DNA from: Thermoproteota archaeon
GTDB lineage: Archaea; Korarchaeota; Korarchaeia; Korarchaeales; Korarchaeaceae
DNA: 26,119 nt
Assembly: GCA_027491395.1 (NCBI GenBank)
Contig: JAOZFI010000034.1
Coordinates: 1-26,119 of the forward strand
Direction: 5' to 3'
Under the pieces are notes generated by a model, which saw only the letters and a program-made list of their open reading frames with translations, searched no databases and had not been told where the DNA came from. How positions within the stretch are numbered: position 1 is the first letter of the stretch; every line of letters starts with the position of its first letter. Below, one piece after another: positions 1 to 8,217 of this stretch. The position numbers and the translations under genes were made by a program.

Positions 1-128
1 GCTACAACTACACAAAGCAGGCTGATACTAGGAACGACGAGAACCTCCTAGTAGTGATTGGGGAGGACATCGCTGGGGCTTACGAGGCCGAGTTCAACGA
101 GATGTGGTCCGGAGTATTTGGTGGCTAG
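1..128 (+). CDS. C-terminal end of a phospholipase D/nuclease (PLD-like) family protein, partial at the window edge
   Basis: Frame from nt 3 reads YNYTKQADTRNDENLLVVIGEDIAGAYEAEFNEMWSGVFGG* (TAG 126-128). This matches the (GS)xNxT...NxEN.....F...W tail that follows the HKD motif. Not in the ORF track. Confidence 0.8.
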   Translation, partial: YNYTKQADTRNDENLLVVIGEDIAGAYEAEFNEMWSGVFGG

Positions 129-575
129 CTTACCAGATCCCGCGTGGAGCCACGTGCCAGCCTGTGATCAGCCAACCCTCGGGCAGAGAAGCTTAGACCC
201 CCTCGTCCGTCGGCTGCCTGAGAGAATTTGGAGGCGAGAGAGCGTCCGAGTTATTCCGCATATGCTCAGATCCCAGCGTGAAGACAAGCTGTATGTCCCT
301 TGGGAGGGATCCCATTGGAGGAGCTGGAGAATGAGGGATCATCGTTCCATCGGAGACCTCGAACTGGGATGCGAAGTTGGTGGAGATGAGGCTACGAGGT
401 TCCCCAATTAGTGGGAAACCGATACCTATCCAAGTTGATTATGACTACCGAAAAGCAAGATGAATATCTTGTTCAGCAAACTTGGAGGAGAAGCGGTACC
501 TCAGGTTAGCTTCCCCGGAAAGGCCGATTCCATCGAATTCCTCTAGGGGAGAGCCTACATCCCCCCTGTGATGGG

Positions 576-947
576 TTGATTACGTGGCATCTGCCTATCG
601 CGTCCTCAATCCTGATCGCTGCTAGTCTCCCAGCTCTCACGGCCCAGTATGACGGGGATCTCAGACTAAGTAGGGAAGGGTCAAGGGCCCTATTTATCAT
701 AGTCAGATCCTGTACCTTGATCTCCCTAGTCCTAGTGGTGATTGCCGTGTTAGAGACGGATCTCTCCCATATCGCGCTCTTAATCCTGATACTCCTCTAC
801 CTACTCTCCATTCCCGTCAATATAGGGGGCCGAAAGAACTCGTTCCGCATCGAAGTTATGACTCTTTACCTGACCCTGTCCGTGGGAGCCTTACCTATTA
901 ATAAAGCTGTGATTGACCTCCCCCATACTTCGCAACACCTCCGATAG
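576..947 (+). CDS. Possible small hydrophobic membrane protein, or the 3' fragment of a degraded gene
   Basis: 123-aa ORF with 3-4 hydrophobic stretches, a weak TTG start and no RBS. Upstream 129-575 contains only short broken frames. Confidence 0.3.
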   Translation: MITWHLPIASSILIAASLPALTAQYDGDLRLSREGSRALFIIVRSCTLISLVLVVIAVLETDLSHIALLILILLYLLSIPVNIGGRKNSFRIEVMTLYLTLSVGALPINKAVIDLPHTSQHLR

Positions 948-1007
948 TTCGATCGTTTTTACGATATTTTAACACTCGACGGGCAAGACTTTCCGAGGTA
1001 GTCCACC

Positions 1008-1834
1008 TCAGCTCGTCTTCCTTAGAGTGGAGATCCTCATGAGGGAGTTGAGAGCCCTCTCTAAGTCCTTTTCCTTCACTAGGATGAAGTCGGAGCTATA
1101 GGAGGAGATCGCTAGTATGGAAATCCCTTCCGAGGCCAGGGAGTTGGATATCACGGCCATCAGGCCCACTAGCTCCAGGGGCAGGTTCGGAAACCTTATA
1201 ACCCTATATCCGCACTCCGCCTTCTCACCGCAGCGCGTCTTGCTTACAACCGTCAGCTCCCCCGAATCCCTCACCATGGCCAAGAATTTAGAGGGAACCT
1301 CATCGCAAACTGATATGCAGTACTCCCCCTCCAAGACCTCGTAGTTCAGCCTTCCCAGCTTGAAGCCAGCTGGCGTGACGGCCTCCACTACCCTCCCCAA
1401 GACGACCGTCTCCACCTCTCCATCAGCCCTAGTCAGCTCCAACGAGTTGAGGAAGGAGTAGCCCTCCCTCAGGAAGAAATCGAGTGCCGCTAAGTTAGCT
1501 GGAATGACGCTAGCGTAAAGATTCCCCCCGGCCTCCTCCTCGCATGCTTTGAGTAGGGACTCCCCCACTCCCCTCTCCCTGTGCTCCGGCTTCACATATA
1601 TCTCCTTCAGGAAATAAGCCCCCTCATCCTCCTTGACCCTAGCGAAACCCACAACCTCGGAACCATCTACTGCCACGAGAACCGTGCCCTCGACTGCCCT
1701 CAGCTCCTCAATCCCCCACTCGGGGGAGTAGGTGACATCGCTCCCATTATCCTTCTGTGGTAAGAGTAAAAGTCAGCGTACATCCTCCCGACTTCCTCGA
1801 CATCCTCGTCCCTCATCATCCTGATGGTGACCAT
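1008..1834 (-). pseudogene. GNAT N-acetyltransferase fused to a C-terminal ACT (ACT_7/CASTOR-like) domain; frameshifted near 1743-1745
   Basis: ATG at 1834 follows GGGGATGTG and gives MVTIRMMRDEDVEEVGRMYADFYSYHRRIM. Adding one G to the GGG run joins it to GSDVTYSPEWGIEELRAVEGTVLVAVDG and the 1008..1676 ORF. GNAT motif A is present (IYVKPEHRERGVGESLL), as is the ACT signature (LVGLMAVISNSLASEGISILAISSYSSDFILVK). Confidence 0.8.
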
Positions 1835-2078
1835 CACATCCCCCTGTTCCATGGAGCCGCCATCTTTAAGCGATAGCGGGAGAATTACCAACATCCATTA
1901 TATCACGAGACGAGTACCTATCTGAGAGTTACTCAATGAGTCGGAAGATGAGCGTCCTAGAATAGTTGTGAGATCCCGGCGTCCGCTCGCGCGCGTCCTT
2001 ATCAAAGGCTCGAAATAATCGCTGTCGGTGGAGTGGCATTACCGATTTATGTTAGCCCGTCAATCTAGAAGGGGTTTC

Positions 2079-2858
2079 ATGAAGCTGAAGGATAAGGTTG
2101 CGGTGATTACCGGCGCCAGCAGAGAGATAGGAAGGGCCATAGCCTCGGAGTTCGCTAGAGAGGGAGCCGACCTTGTGGTAAACTATAGGACGAGATCGAG
2201 GGAAGCTGAGGAAGTCGTGGAGATGGTAAGGGAGATCGGGAGAAGGGCTATAGCAGTGAGGGGTGATGTCTCAGATCCAGACTAAGTGGAGGAGATGGCA
2301 TCCATAGCCTTCGATGAGTTCGGGAAGATGGATGTCCTCGTGAACAACGCGGGCATCATATCGAAGGCTCCGCTCGAGGAAGTGTCCCCTGAGGAATGGG
2401 ATAGGGTCATTTCAGTGAACCTGAACGGCGTTTTCTACGCAATGAGGAGCTTTGGGATTAGGATGATCCGTCAGGGTGGCGGGAGCATAGTTAATGTAGC
2501 ATCCGTGGCTGGGCACACGTCCCTGGAGGGAGGGGGTGCCTACAGCGCGTCCAAGGCCGGGGTAATCATCCTGACGAGGCAGGCAGCCGTTGAGTGGGGT
2601 CCCAAGGGCATCAGGGTCAACGCGATGTGCCCGGGGCCAGTACTAACGGATATGCTGATGAGCGAGTACACCGAGGAGGAGCTTAGAAAGAGGGAAAGGC
2701 TCACCCCTGCAGGGAGATTGGGGAGGCCAGAAGATGTAGCGAGGCTTGCCGTCTTCCTAGCTTAAGATGATGTTAGTTACATAACGGGAGTCATTTACGA
2801 CATGGATGGGGGACTCTCCGCTAGCACCTACCGCCTACTCTACGAGCTACTGAGGTAA
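2079..2858 (+). pseudogene. Short-chain dehydrogenase/reductase (FabG-like) with two in-frame stops
   Basis: One frame runs from MKLKDKVAVITGASREIG through NNAG, YSASK and NAMCPG to YITG..DGG, ending at TAA 2856-2858. It is interrupted by TAA at 2283-2285 and 2763-2765. The Rossmann motif TGxxxGIG is altered to TGASREIG. Confidence 0.9.
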
Positions 2859-3157
2859 CTCAGGGCCCGGGCTGACCGATAGTCTGGAGGATCAAGTTGC
2901 GTCTTCTCCACAGGCCGAGCTTCCTTGAGGGGCTAGGTTCCTTGACCCACCGGATCCAAGCATGGAGGGTGCTGGAGGCAGTAGATGGATGAGTTCTCGG
3001 TTAAGCGTGAAGGTCCATCGTTGTGAGGAACTCAACTGGGAGTCTAGAAGCCCCCACAGGGATGTTAAGGCATGACTCCAATCAAGCCCTTGCTTTATGA
3101 AAGCGTGGTGATTCGAAGCTGGGTCGCTCTCCCCTCTCGCAAGGTCCACCCACAGCT

Positions 3158-3583
3158 CTAAGTGGTGGGATAGGATAGGGACGGCCACCATCCATCCTTC
3201 CTCCTCTCTAGCCCTCTCCTCCTCACGAACTCCAAGACAATCCTCCTCAGTTCCTCCACAATCCCGAAGGTGTCCAAGAGCGTGATCCCCTCGAGCAACG
3301 CGTCCATGATCACAGTGTTCCCCCGAGCCTCCCTGAAAGCCTCGTCCACAGAGAACAGGTGTACCTCTGGATTGGGGACCCCCACTAGGTGAGCCTTCCT
3401 GAACAGCTCCAATAGCGTGTCCAAGTCAGACCGATCCAGTATCACCAAGAGATCGGTATCGCCTGCGGCATAGCTCTCATCTCTGGCCCTGCTTCCGAAG
3501 ACTACCACCACGCCCTCACCGTAGCGCTCCCTCACCCACCCCGCGAACTCCTCAACAGCCTCCCTCCATCTCCTTCCTGACAA
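3158..3583 (-). CDS. Minimal nucleotidyltransferase (MNT), antitoxin-type (pair 1)
   Basis: FGSRARDESYAAGDTD is a GS-x10-DxD motif. Overlaps the upstream HEPN gene. Confidence 0.85.
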   Translation of the reverse strand: MSGRRWREAVEEFAGWVRERYGEGVVVVFGSRARDESYAAGDTDLLVILDRSDLDTLLELFRKAHLVGVPNPEVHLFSVDEAFREARGNTVIMDALLEGITLLDTFGIVEELRRIVLEFVRRRGLERRKDGWWPSLSYPTT

Positions 3584-3911
3584 ACTCCACCACCTCTCCC
3601 GCCGTTTCGACGCACCTCAGGGCCACCTCCCCGGAGAAGGAGATGGATTCACTCTCAGGACACCTTGACAGGGTGTAGAACAGGGATAGGGTGAGCAGAA
3701 AATCGTGTTCGAGCCCGAATGGCTCGGCCAAGGCCACCAAGTTATGTGTGTAGGGTTTTGAGCCGAACCTGCATATGTGCAGGGCCTTCAATGCAAGCTC
3801 CGCGGCCTGTTGAGAGTCGAAGCAAGATATGGCGTAGTCTCCGGCCTCCAAGTTCCTCTTTGCGGATCTGAGGAACATTTCGGCCCTGCGCAGCCAGTCT
3901 TCGGGTTTCAT
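3552..3911 (-). CDS. HEPN domain protein (pair 1)
   Basis: WLRRAE...A.RNLEAGDYAISCFDSQQAAELALKA...YTHNL, typical of archaeal HEPN. C-terminal YTLSRCP where RYP is usual. Confidence 0.9.
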   Translation of the reverse strand: MKPEDWLRRAEMFLRSAKRNLEAGDYAISCFDSQQAAELALKALHICRFGSKPYTHNLVALAEPFGLEHDFLLTLSLFYTLSRCPESESISFSGEVALRCVETAGEVVEFVRKEMEGGC

Positions 3912-3935
3912 TCACTTATGGAATGAGACGTGACC

Positions 3936-3941
3936 TATAAA
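3936..3941 (-). promoter_or_regulatory. TATA box for a leaderless HEPN-MNT pair 1 transcript
   Basis: TTTATA on the minus strand about 25 nt upstream of the ATG at 3911. Confidence 0.5.
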
Positions 3942-4100
3942 GGTTAACTGACTGAGGCGGCTGACCTACGCTCCGACTCGACCATTACAGAATCAGGTTC
4001 TCCAATCCCACAGCTCCCGTAAAGTCTAAGGACCCTCCGAAACTCTCTAGGGAACCTCACAAAGGTTATTATAGATCCCAGTATGCCTTCGAGGTGAAGG

Positions 4101-5165
4101 ATGGTCTCAGTAAGGCTCGTTGACCTCACCAAGCGTTTCGGGAGGGTGGTGGCTGTCGACCACCTGAACTTGGAGGTGGCCCACGGCGAATTCGTGGCCC
4201 TCCTCGGGCCCTCCGGATGTGGTAAGACCACGACCCTCCTCATGATAGCCGGGATCTACAGACCAACGGAGGGGTACATATACTTCGACGACCGGGTGGT
4301 CAATGACCTGGAGCCGAAGGACAGGAACGTCGGGATGGTCTTCCAGACCTATGCCCTCTATCCCCACATGAAGGTGTTCGACAACATAGCCTTCCCCCTC
4401 AAGCTGAAGAAGGTGCCAAAGGAGGAGATAGAGAGGAAGGTCAGAAGGGTTGCCGAACTGCTGCATATAGAGGACCTGTTGGACAGGAAGCCCGGCCAGC
4501 TTTCCGGAGGGCAGCAGCAGAGGGTAGCCTTGGCTAGGGCTTTGGTTAAGGAGCCAGACCTGTTCCTGATGGACGAACCTCTGAGTAACCTAGATGCGAA
4601 GCTCAGGGTGGAGATGAGGGGAGAGTTGAAGAGGCTCCAGAAGGACCTAGGTATTACCACCATATACGTGACCCACGATCAGCTGGAAGCGATGACCATG
4701 GCTGATAGGATAGCGGTATTGAACAACGGCAGGCTTCAGCAGTACGGTCCGCCAGAGGAGCTCTATAGAAAGCCAGCGAACATATTCGTGGCTGGCTTCA
4801 TAGGGACCACCCCGACCAACTTCATAGAGGGCACCGTCACCGGCGGCAAGCCCCTCAAGTTCGAGTTCGATGGAAGGGTGATCGAGCTAGGAGATTTGAG
4901 CCTTGATGATGCACCCTCAGAGGTTGTGCTTGGCATCAGGCCCGAGGATGTGGAGATTACTGAGGACGGAGAGCTAGAGGGGGAAGTATATGTAATAGAG
5001 CCTCTGGGCAGGGAGCTGCTGGTGACCATCTCTTTAGATGGGCTGCACATAAAGGCGGTCACGGGTGCCGAATCAGACCTGAGGATGGGCCAGAGGGTGA
5101 AGTTCAAAATACCCCCTGAGAAGGTGTACCTGTTCGACAAGGCTACCGGGGAGAGCCTGCTTTGA
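4101..5165 (+). CDS. malK: Sugar ABC transporter ATP-binding protein (MalK/MsmX/UgpC family)
   Basis: Walker A GPSGCGKTT, VFQTYALYPHM, signature LSGGQQQRVALARA, Walker B LMDEPLSNLD, YVTHDQ and a C-terminal TOBE region. RBS GAGGTGA and TTATTATA lie upstream. Confidence 0.93.
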   Translation: MVSVRLVDLTKRFGRVVAVDHLNLEVAHGEFVALLGPSGCGKTTTLLMIAGIYRPTEGYIYFDDRVVNDLEPKDRNVGMVFQTYALYPHMKVFDNIAFPLKLKKVPKEEIERKVRRVAELLHIEDLLDRKPGQLSGGQQQRVALARALVKEPDLFLMDEPLSNLDAKLRVEMRGELKRLQKDLGITTIYVTHDQLEAMTMADRIAVLNNGRLQQYGPPEELYRKPANIFVAGFIGTTPTNFIEGTVTGGKPLKFEFDGRVIELGDLSLDDAPSEVVLGIRPEDVEITEDGELEGEVYVIEPLGRELLVTISLDGLHIKAVTGAESDLRMGQRVKFKIPPEKVYLFDKATGESLL

Positions 5166-5609
5166 TCGAATGATGATCAGTTCGAATTTGAAGGATATTT
5201 CAGGAGGCTTCTCACCTCCTTTGAACAGATCGCTGGCCTTCACTGAAATTTCCGTGAATTATTCGAGCCAGCTTCCCATCGCAGGTCACTGGGCTGGCGT
5301 CAAGCTTTCCTGTTAACCCCACTTAGGGAATCGTTTATCTCTGATGGTCTTCTGAAATGTCAAGTCAACAGCATCAATGCGCGCGGACCTCTTTTTCGAG
5401 ACGATTCCCGTCGCCTAGGGTGTAATCGTCCCAATCCACCCATATACCTATGAAGTCCACGGTTAAAGGAGGGTCTAGGCTGTTACCTTATACGGTTCAC
5501 GAGGACTCCTCGTGTCAGTTGATATTGTTAACAGCCGAGGCAGTGCTGGAGAATGTCAGTACGACATGCGACTATCACTTATTTATCTAGTCAGGTACAT
5601 TGACGTGGG

Positions 5610-5975
5610 ATGGATCTCAGGAGGAAGGCAATGGACCTGCTAGAGACCGCTAAGGAGTCTTTTGAAAAAGGCAGGTTCTGGCTAACGTGCTTATCCGCCC
5701 ATCAGGCAGTAGAGCTCTACCTCAAGGGCGTCCTTTTCGAACTAGCGGGTACGTATCCCTTCACACACGATCTAAGGCTCCTACTGGAAAGTCTGGCAGG
5801 GGATATGAAGGTTCCAGAAGAAGTGATCGATGCCGCGGATTATCTGAATCCCCACTACACGGCATCTCGTTATTCCCTGTCCATGGAGTATCGTAAAAGT
5901 AGCGCGGAGAGGTGTCTAGAGTACGCGGAGGGAATAGTGAAATGGGTGAGAGAGAACATAGAGAAGCAGCCCTGA
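5610..5975 (+). CDS. HEPN domain protein (pair 2)
   Basis: CLSAHQAVELYLKG...PFTHDL...LNPHYTASRY. A TATA-like TTTATCTA lies about 25 nt upstream. Confidence 0.9.
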   Translation: MDLRRKAMDLLETAKESFEKGRFWLTCLSAHQAVELYLKGVLFELAGTYPFTHDLRLLLESLAGDMKVPEEVIDAADYLNPHYTASRYSLSMEYRKSSAERCLEYAEGIVKWVRENIEKQP

Positions 5976-6322
5976 TCAGGAGGAGGAGAGAGGAGGTCTC
6001 CTCCTATGAGAAACTATTTAACAAGTTTATCGAGGCTCTGAAGCGGAGATATCCAAGCTGCACCATTATCCTCTTCGGCTCAAGGGCTGCTGAGAGGCAT
6101 AGGTCCTCCAGCGATTTTGATGTCATCGTCGTGATGGAGGGTGACTTCGACGAGGTGGAAGTGGCGGCTGAGATCTCGAGACTAAGGCCAAGAGGTGTTC
6201 CGGTCGACCTGTTAGTGATCAATAAGGATTCTCTGGGGAGAAAGGATGTGAAAATCCTATTAGAGCACTCCAAGGTGATATACGACGGTCTGGGAGTTTT
6301 CGAATCGGGGAATTCGAGATGA
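5942..6322 (+). CDS. Minimal nucleotidyltransferase (MNT) (pair 2)
   Basis: ILFGSRAAERHRSSSDFDVIVV is a GS-x10-DxD motif, followed by VDLLV. ATG 5942 overlaps the HEPN end; the start is uncertain. Confidence 0.88.
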   Translation: MGEREHREAALIRRRREEVSSYEKLFNKFIEALKRRYPSCTIILFGSRAAERHRSSSDFDVIVVMEGDFDEVEVAAEISRLRPRGVPVDLLVINKDSLGRKDVKILLEHSKVIYDGLGVFESGNSR

Positions 6323-6418
6323 GTTTGCGATCCTCCCTAGCTGCTTGACCTCCAACTCGATGATCCCAGCCTCTCTTCGCCTAGCCCCATGGAGAGGGTA
6401 ATAAGGAGGGAAGGGATG

Positions 6419-7267
6419 TCATGTGACTCCCTTCCCAGCTATCTGGATCCTCAGAAGGTACTGCTGGGCGAACAGGAAGAACAGGATTACGGGAATCATG
6501 TAAATTATGGCGACGGCCGAGGTCACGCCTGGGTTTATGTATGAGTACTCACCGGTGGTGAGGGCGTAAACCAGCATGGAAAAGGTCCAGTAGTCTTGGC
6601 TGGAGATGAACGTGAGGACGTATATGAACTCGCTCCAGCCTGAGAGGAAGCCAAATATTAGGACGGTCATCAGCCCGTTCCTGACGTTTGGCATCACCAC
6701 CTTCCACCAAGCTTGGAGCCTGCTGCACCCATCAACCAGAGCGGACATCTCCATGTCCCAGCTGATGCCATCGAAGAATCCCTTCATTATCCAGATGTCT
6801 AGAGGCATGTCCAGCGCCACCTTGATTATTATCACACCCAGTAGCGTGTCATAGAGGCCCATGACGTTCAGTATGTAGAAGAGGGCTATCAACAGAGTTA
6901 TTCCGGGGAAGGAGTGGAGCACCAGCGCTAGAGCAAGGAAGGCGCTTCTCCCCCTGAATTTGTAGCGAGAGATGGCGTAGCCAGCTAGGGAACTGAAGAT
7001 CAGCTCGAGGAACGATACAGTCAATGCTAGGGCGAGGGTGTTGAGGGTGACCGCGTAGACATTGGGATAGTACTGTGTGGTCGTGCCCGGGACTCTTATG
7101 TTCCCATCCTTGAGGAACTCCCAGTTCGAGAGGGTCAGGTTCACAGGTAATATCCCCACGACCTCCTCGGAGACGCTCTGAGCGAAGAGGAGTGTGTAGA
7201 GGAGAACTATGGGGAGGGTGAGGAGGGCCATGAAGGCGATCCACGGGAGGTGCTTCCTCGATACCAT
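6419..7267 (-). CDS. Carbohydrate ABC transporter permease (MalG-like)
   Basis: Multiple TM segments, AGYAISRYKFRGR and EAA loop EMSALVDGCSRLQ. The likely start is ATG 7267 (MVSRKH), right after the upstream permease stop. The track's extension to 7444 overlaps that gene. Confidence 0.92.
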   Translation of the reverse strand: MVSRKHLPWIAFMALLTLPIVLLYTLLFAQSVSEEVVGILPVNLTLSNWEFLKDGNIRVPGTTTQYYPNVYAVTLNTLALALTVSFLELIFSSLAGYAISRYKFRGRSAFLALALVLHSFPGITLLIALFYILNVMGLYDTLLGVIIIKVALDMPLDIWIMKGFFDGISWDMEMSALVDGCSRLQAWWKVVMPNVRNGLMTVLIFGFLSGWSEFIYVLTFISSQDYWTFSMLVYALTTGEYSYINPGVTSAVAIIYMIPVILFFLFAQQYLLRIQIAGKGVT

Positions 7268-7269
7268 GA

Positions 7270-8184
7270 TCACACCTCTATCTTTGGCTCCACCATCAGC
7301 TCCTTTAGCCTGAAGACCCTCCAGTAGGCGATGGAGAGTATAAGACCGAGGATGACCAGCACCGTGGCTAAAGCAGCACCGTAGCCGAACTTCACTATCC
7401 CACCGTACTGGGCGAAGGCCAGGTGGTAGCTGTAAAGGGCCCACACCTCGGTGGTGTAGTAACCTGGTCCCCCGTTAGTCACGAGTAGGATGTACTCGTA
7501 GGAGGTGAGCAGAGAGAGTGTCTGGTAGGCAGTGACGAACATGAGGGGCCACTTTATCAGGGGCAGCTCTATGTGCCTTATTATCTGAAGGGTAGAGGCC
7601 CCGTCAACCCTTGCCGCCCTCAAGTAGTCGGCGGGAATGCTCTTCAAAGCCGCTGTGAATATTATCATGCCAAACGAGGCCCCGACGAACCCGTTAACTA
7701 GGATGACGATCGGCCAAGGGTGCTTGTGGAGCCAGTTAACGGGTTCCATTCCGAAGAAACCCAAGATCCAGTTGAAGAGGGCTGTTGGATCCTGCCTCAC
7801 AGCCCACAGCCAGAGGAGGGCGTATACAGTGGAGGGAGTTATCCTTGGGAGGAGCCACAGGGCCCTATATCCCTGACCCACCCTCTCAGGTATGTGGACG
7901 GTGATTAGGGAGATTACTAGGGCTGCCCCCACATTGAAGAGGGCTAGAGTCGAGAAAACGTACAGAAGAGTGTTGTTGAAGACCTTCCCCGCTATCGGAT
8001 CGCTTATCATTTGCACATAGTTCTTCAGTCCCACCCAGTTCCACTGGAAGCTGTAGTCCATGTCGGTGAAGCTTATGAGGAGCGTGAGCAGGACCGGGAG
8101 CAGATAGAAAACAACTATGAGTGCGAAGCTCGGCAAGAGGAAGATTGCCAAGTATTTCCTCCTGAACCTAATTCGAGATCCCAG
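7270..8184 (-). CDS. Carbohydrate ABC transporter permease (MalF-like)
   Basis: WVGLKNY, EAA loop AALKSIPADYLRAARVDGAS, TNGGPG and GYGAALA. Start is either TTG 8151 or an in-frame CTG at 8184 that sits 5 nt after GGAGGTG. Confidence 0.92.
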   Translation of the reverse strand: MGSRIRFRRKYLAIFLLPSFALIVVFYLLPVLLTLLISFTDMDYSFQWNWVGLKNYVQMISDPIAGKVFNNTLLYVFSTLALFNVGAALVISLITVHIPERVGQGYRALWLLPRITPSTVYALLWLWAVRQDPTALFNWILGFFGMEPVNWLHKHPWPIVILVNGFVGASFGMIIFTAALKSIPADYLRAARVDGASTLQIIRHIELPLIKWPLMFVTAYQTLSLLTSYEYILLVTNGGPGYYTTEVWALYSYHLAFAQYGGIVKFGYGAALATVLVILGLILSIAYWRVFRLKELMVEPKIEV

Positions 8185-8198
8185 ACGGACACCTCCCC

Positions 8199-8216
8199 AA
8201 AAAAAAGGAGAGAGGG
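8199..8216 (-). terminator. Pyrimidine/oligo-T tract after the binding-protein gene (partial intra-operon terminator)
   Basis: The minus strand reads CCCTCTCTCCTTTTTTTT just after the stop at 8218. Oligo-T tracts act as archaeal terminators. Confidence 0.55.
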
Positions 8217-8217
8217 C

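Noticed and set aside
58-411. 117-aa plus-strand ORF
   Set aside because: Overlaps the PLD-like gene end in another frame, has atypical composition and shows no motifs.
2283-2765. Possible TAA recoding (alternative genetic code) in the SDR
   Set aside because: The two stops correspond to different expected residues (Gln, Ser), and TAA terminates other genes such as livM and the SDR itself.
2859-3157. 99-aa minus-strand ORF and a faint RelE-like plus-strand fragment (LRLLHRPSFLEGL)
   Set aside because: No convincing motif and the frames break quickly; not supportable without a search.
5170-5246. ATGATGA ... CTGA as a C/D box sRNA
   Set aside because: The spacing is too long and there are no internal D'/C' boxes.
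6323-6372. Minus-strand peptide AGIIELEVKQLGRIAN resembling an FAH-family C-terminus
   Set aside because: Too short, with no upstream continuation; likely chance.
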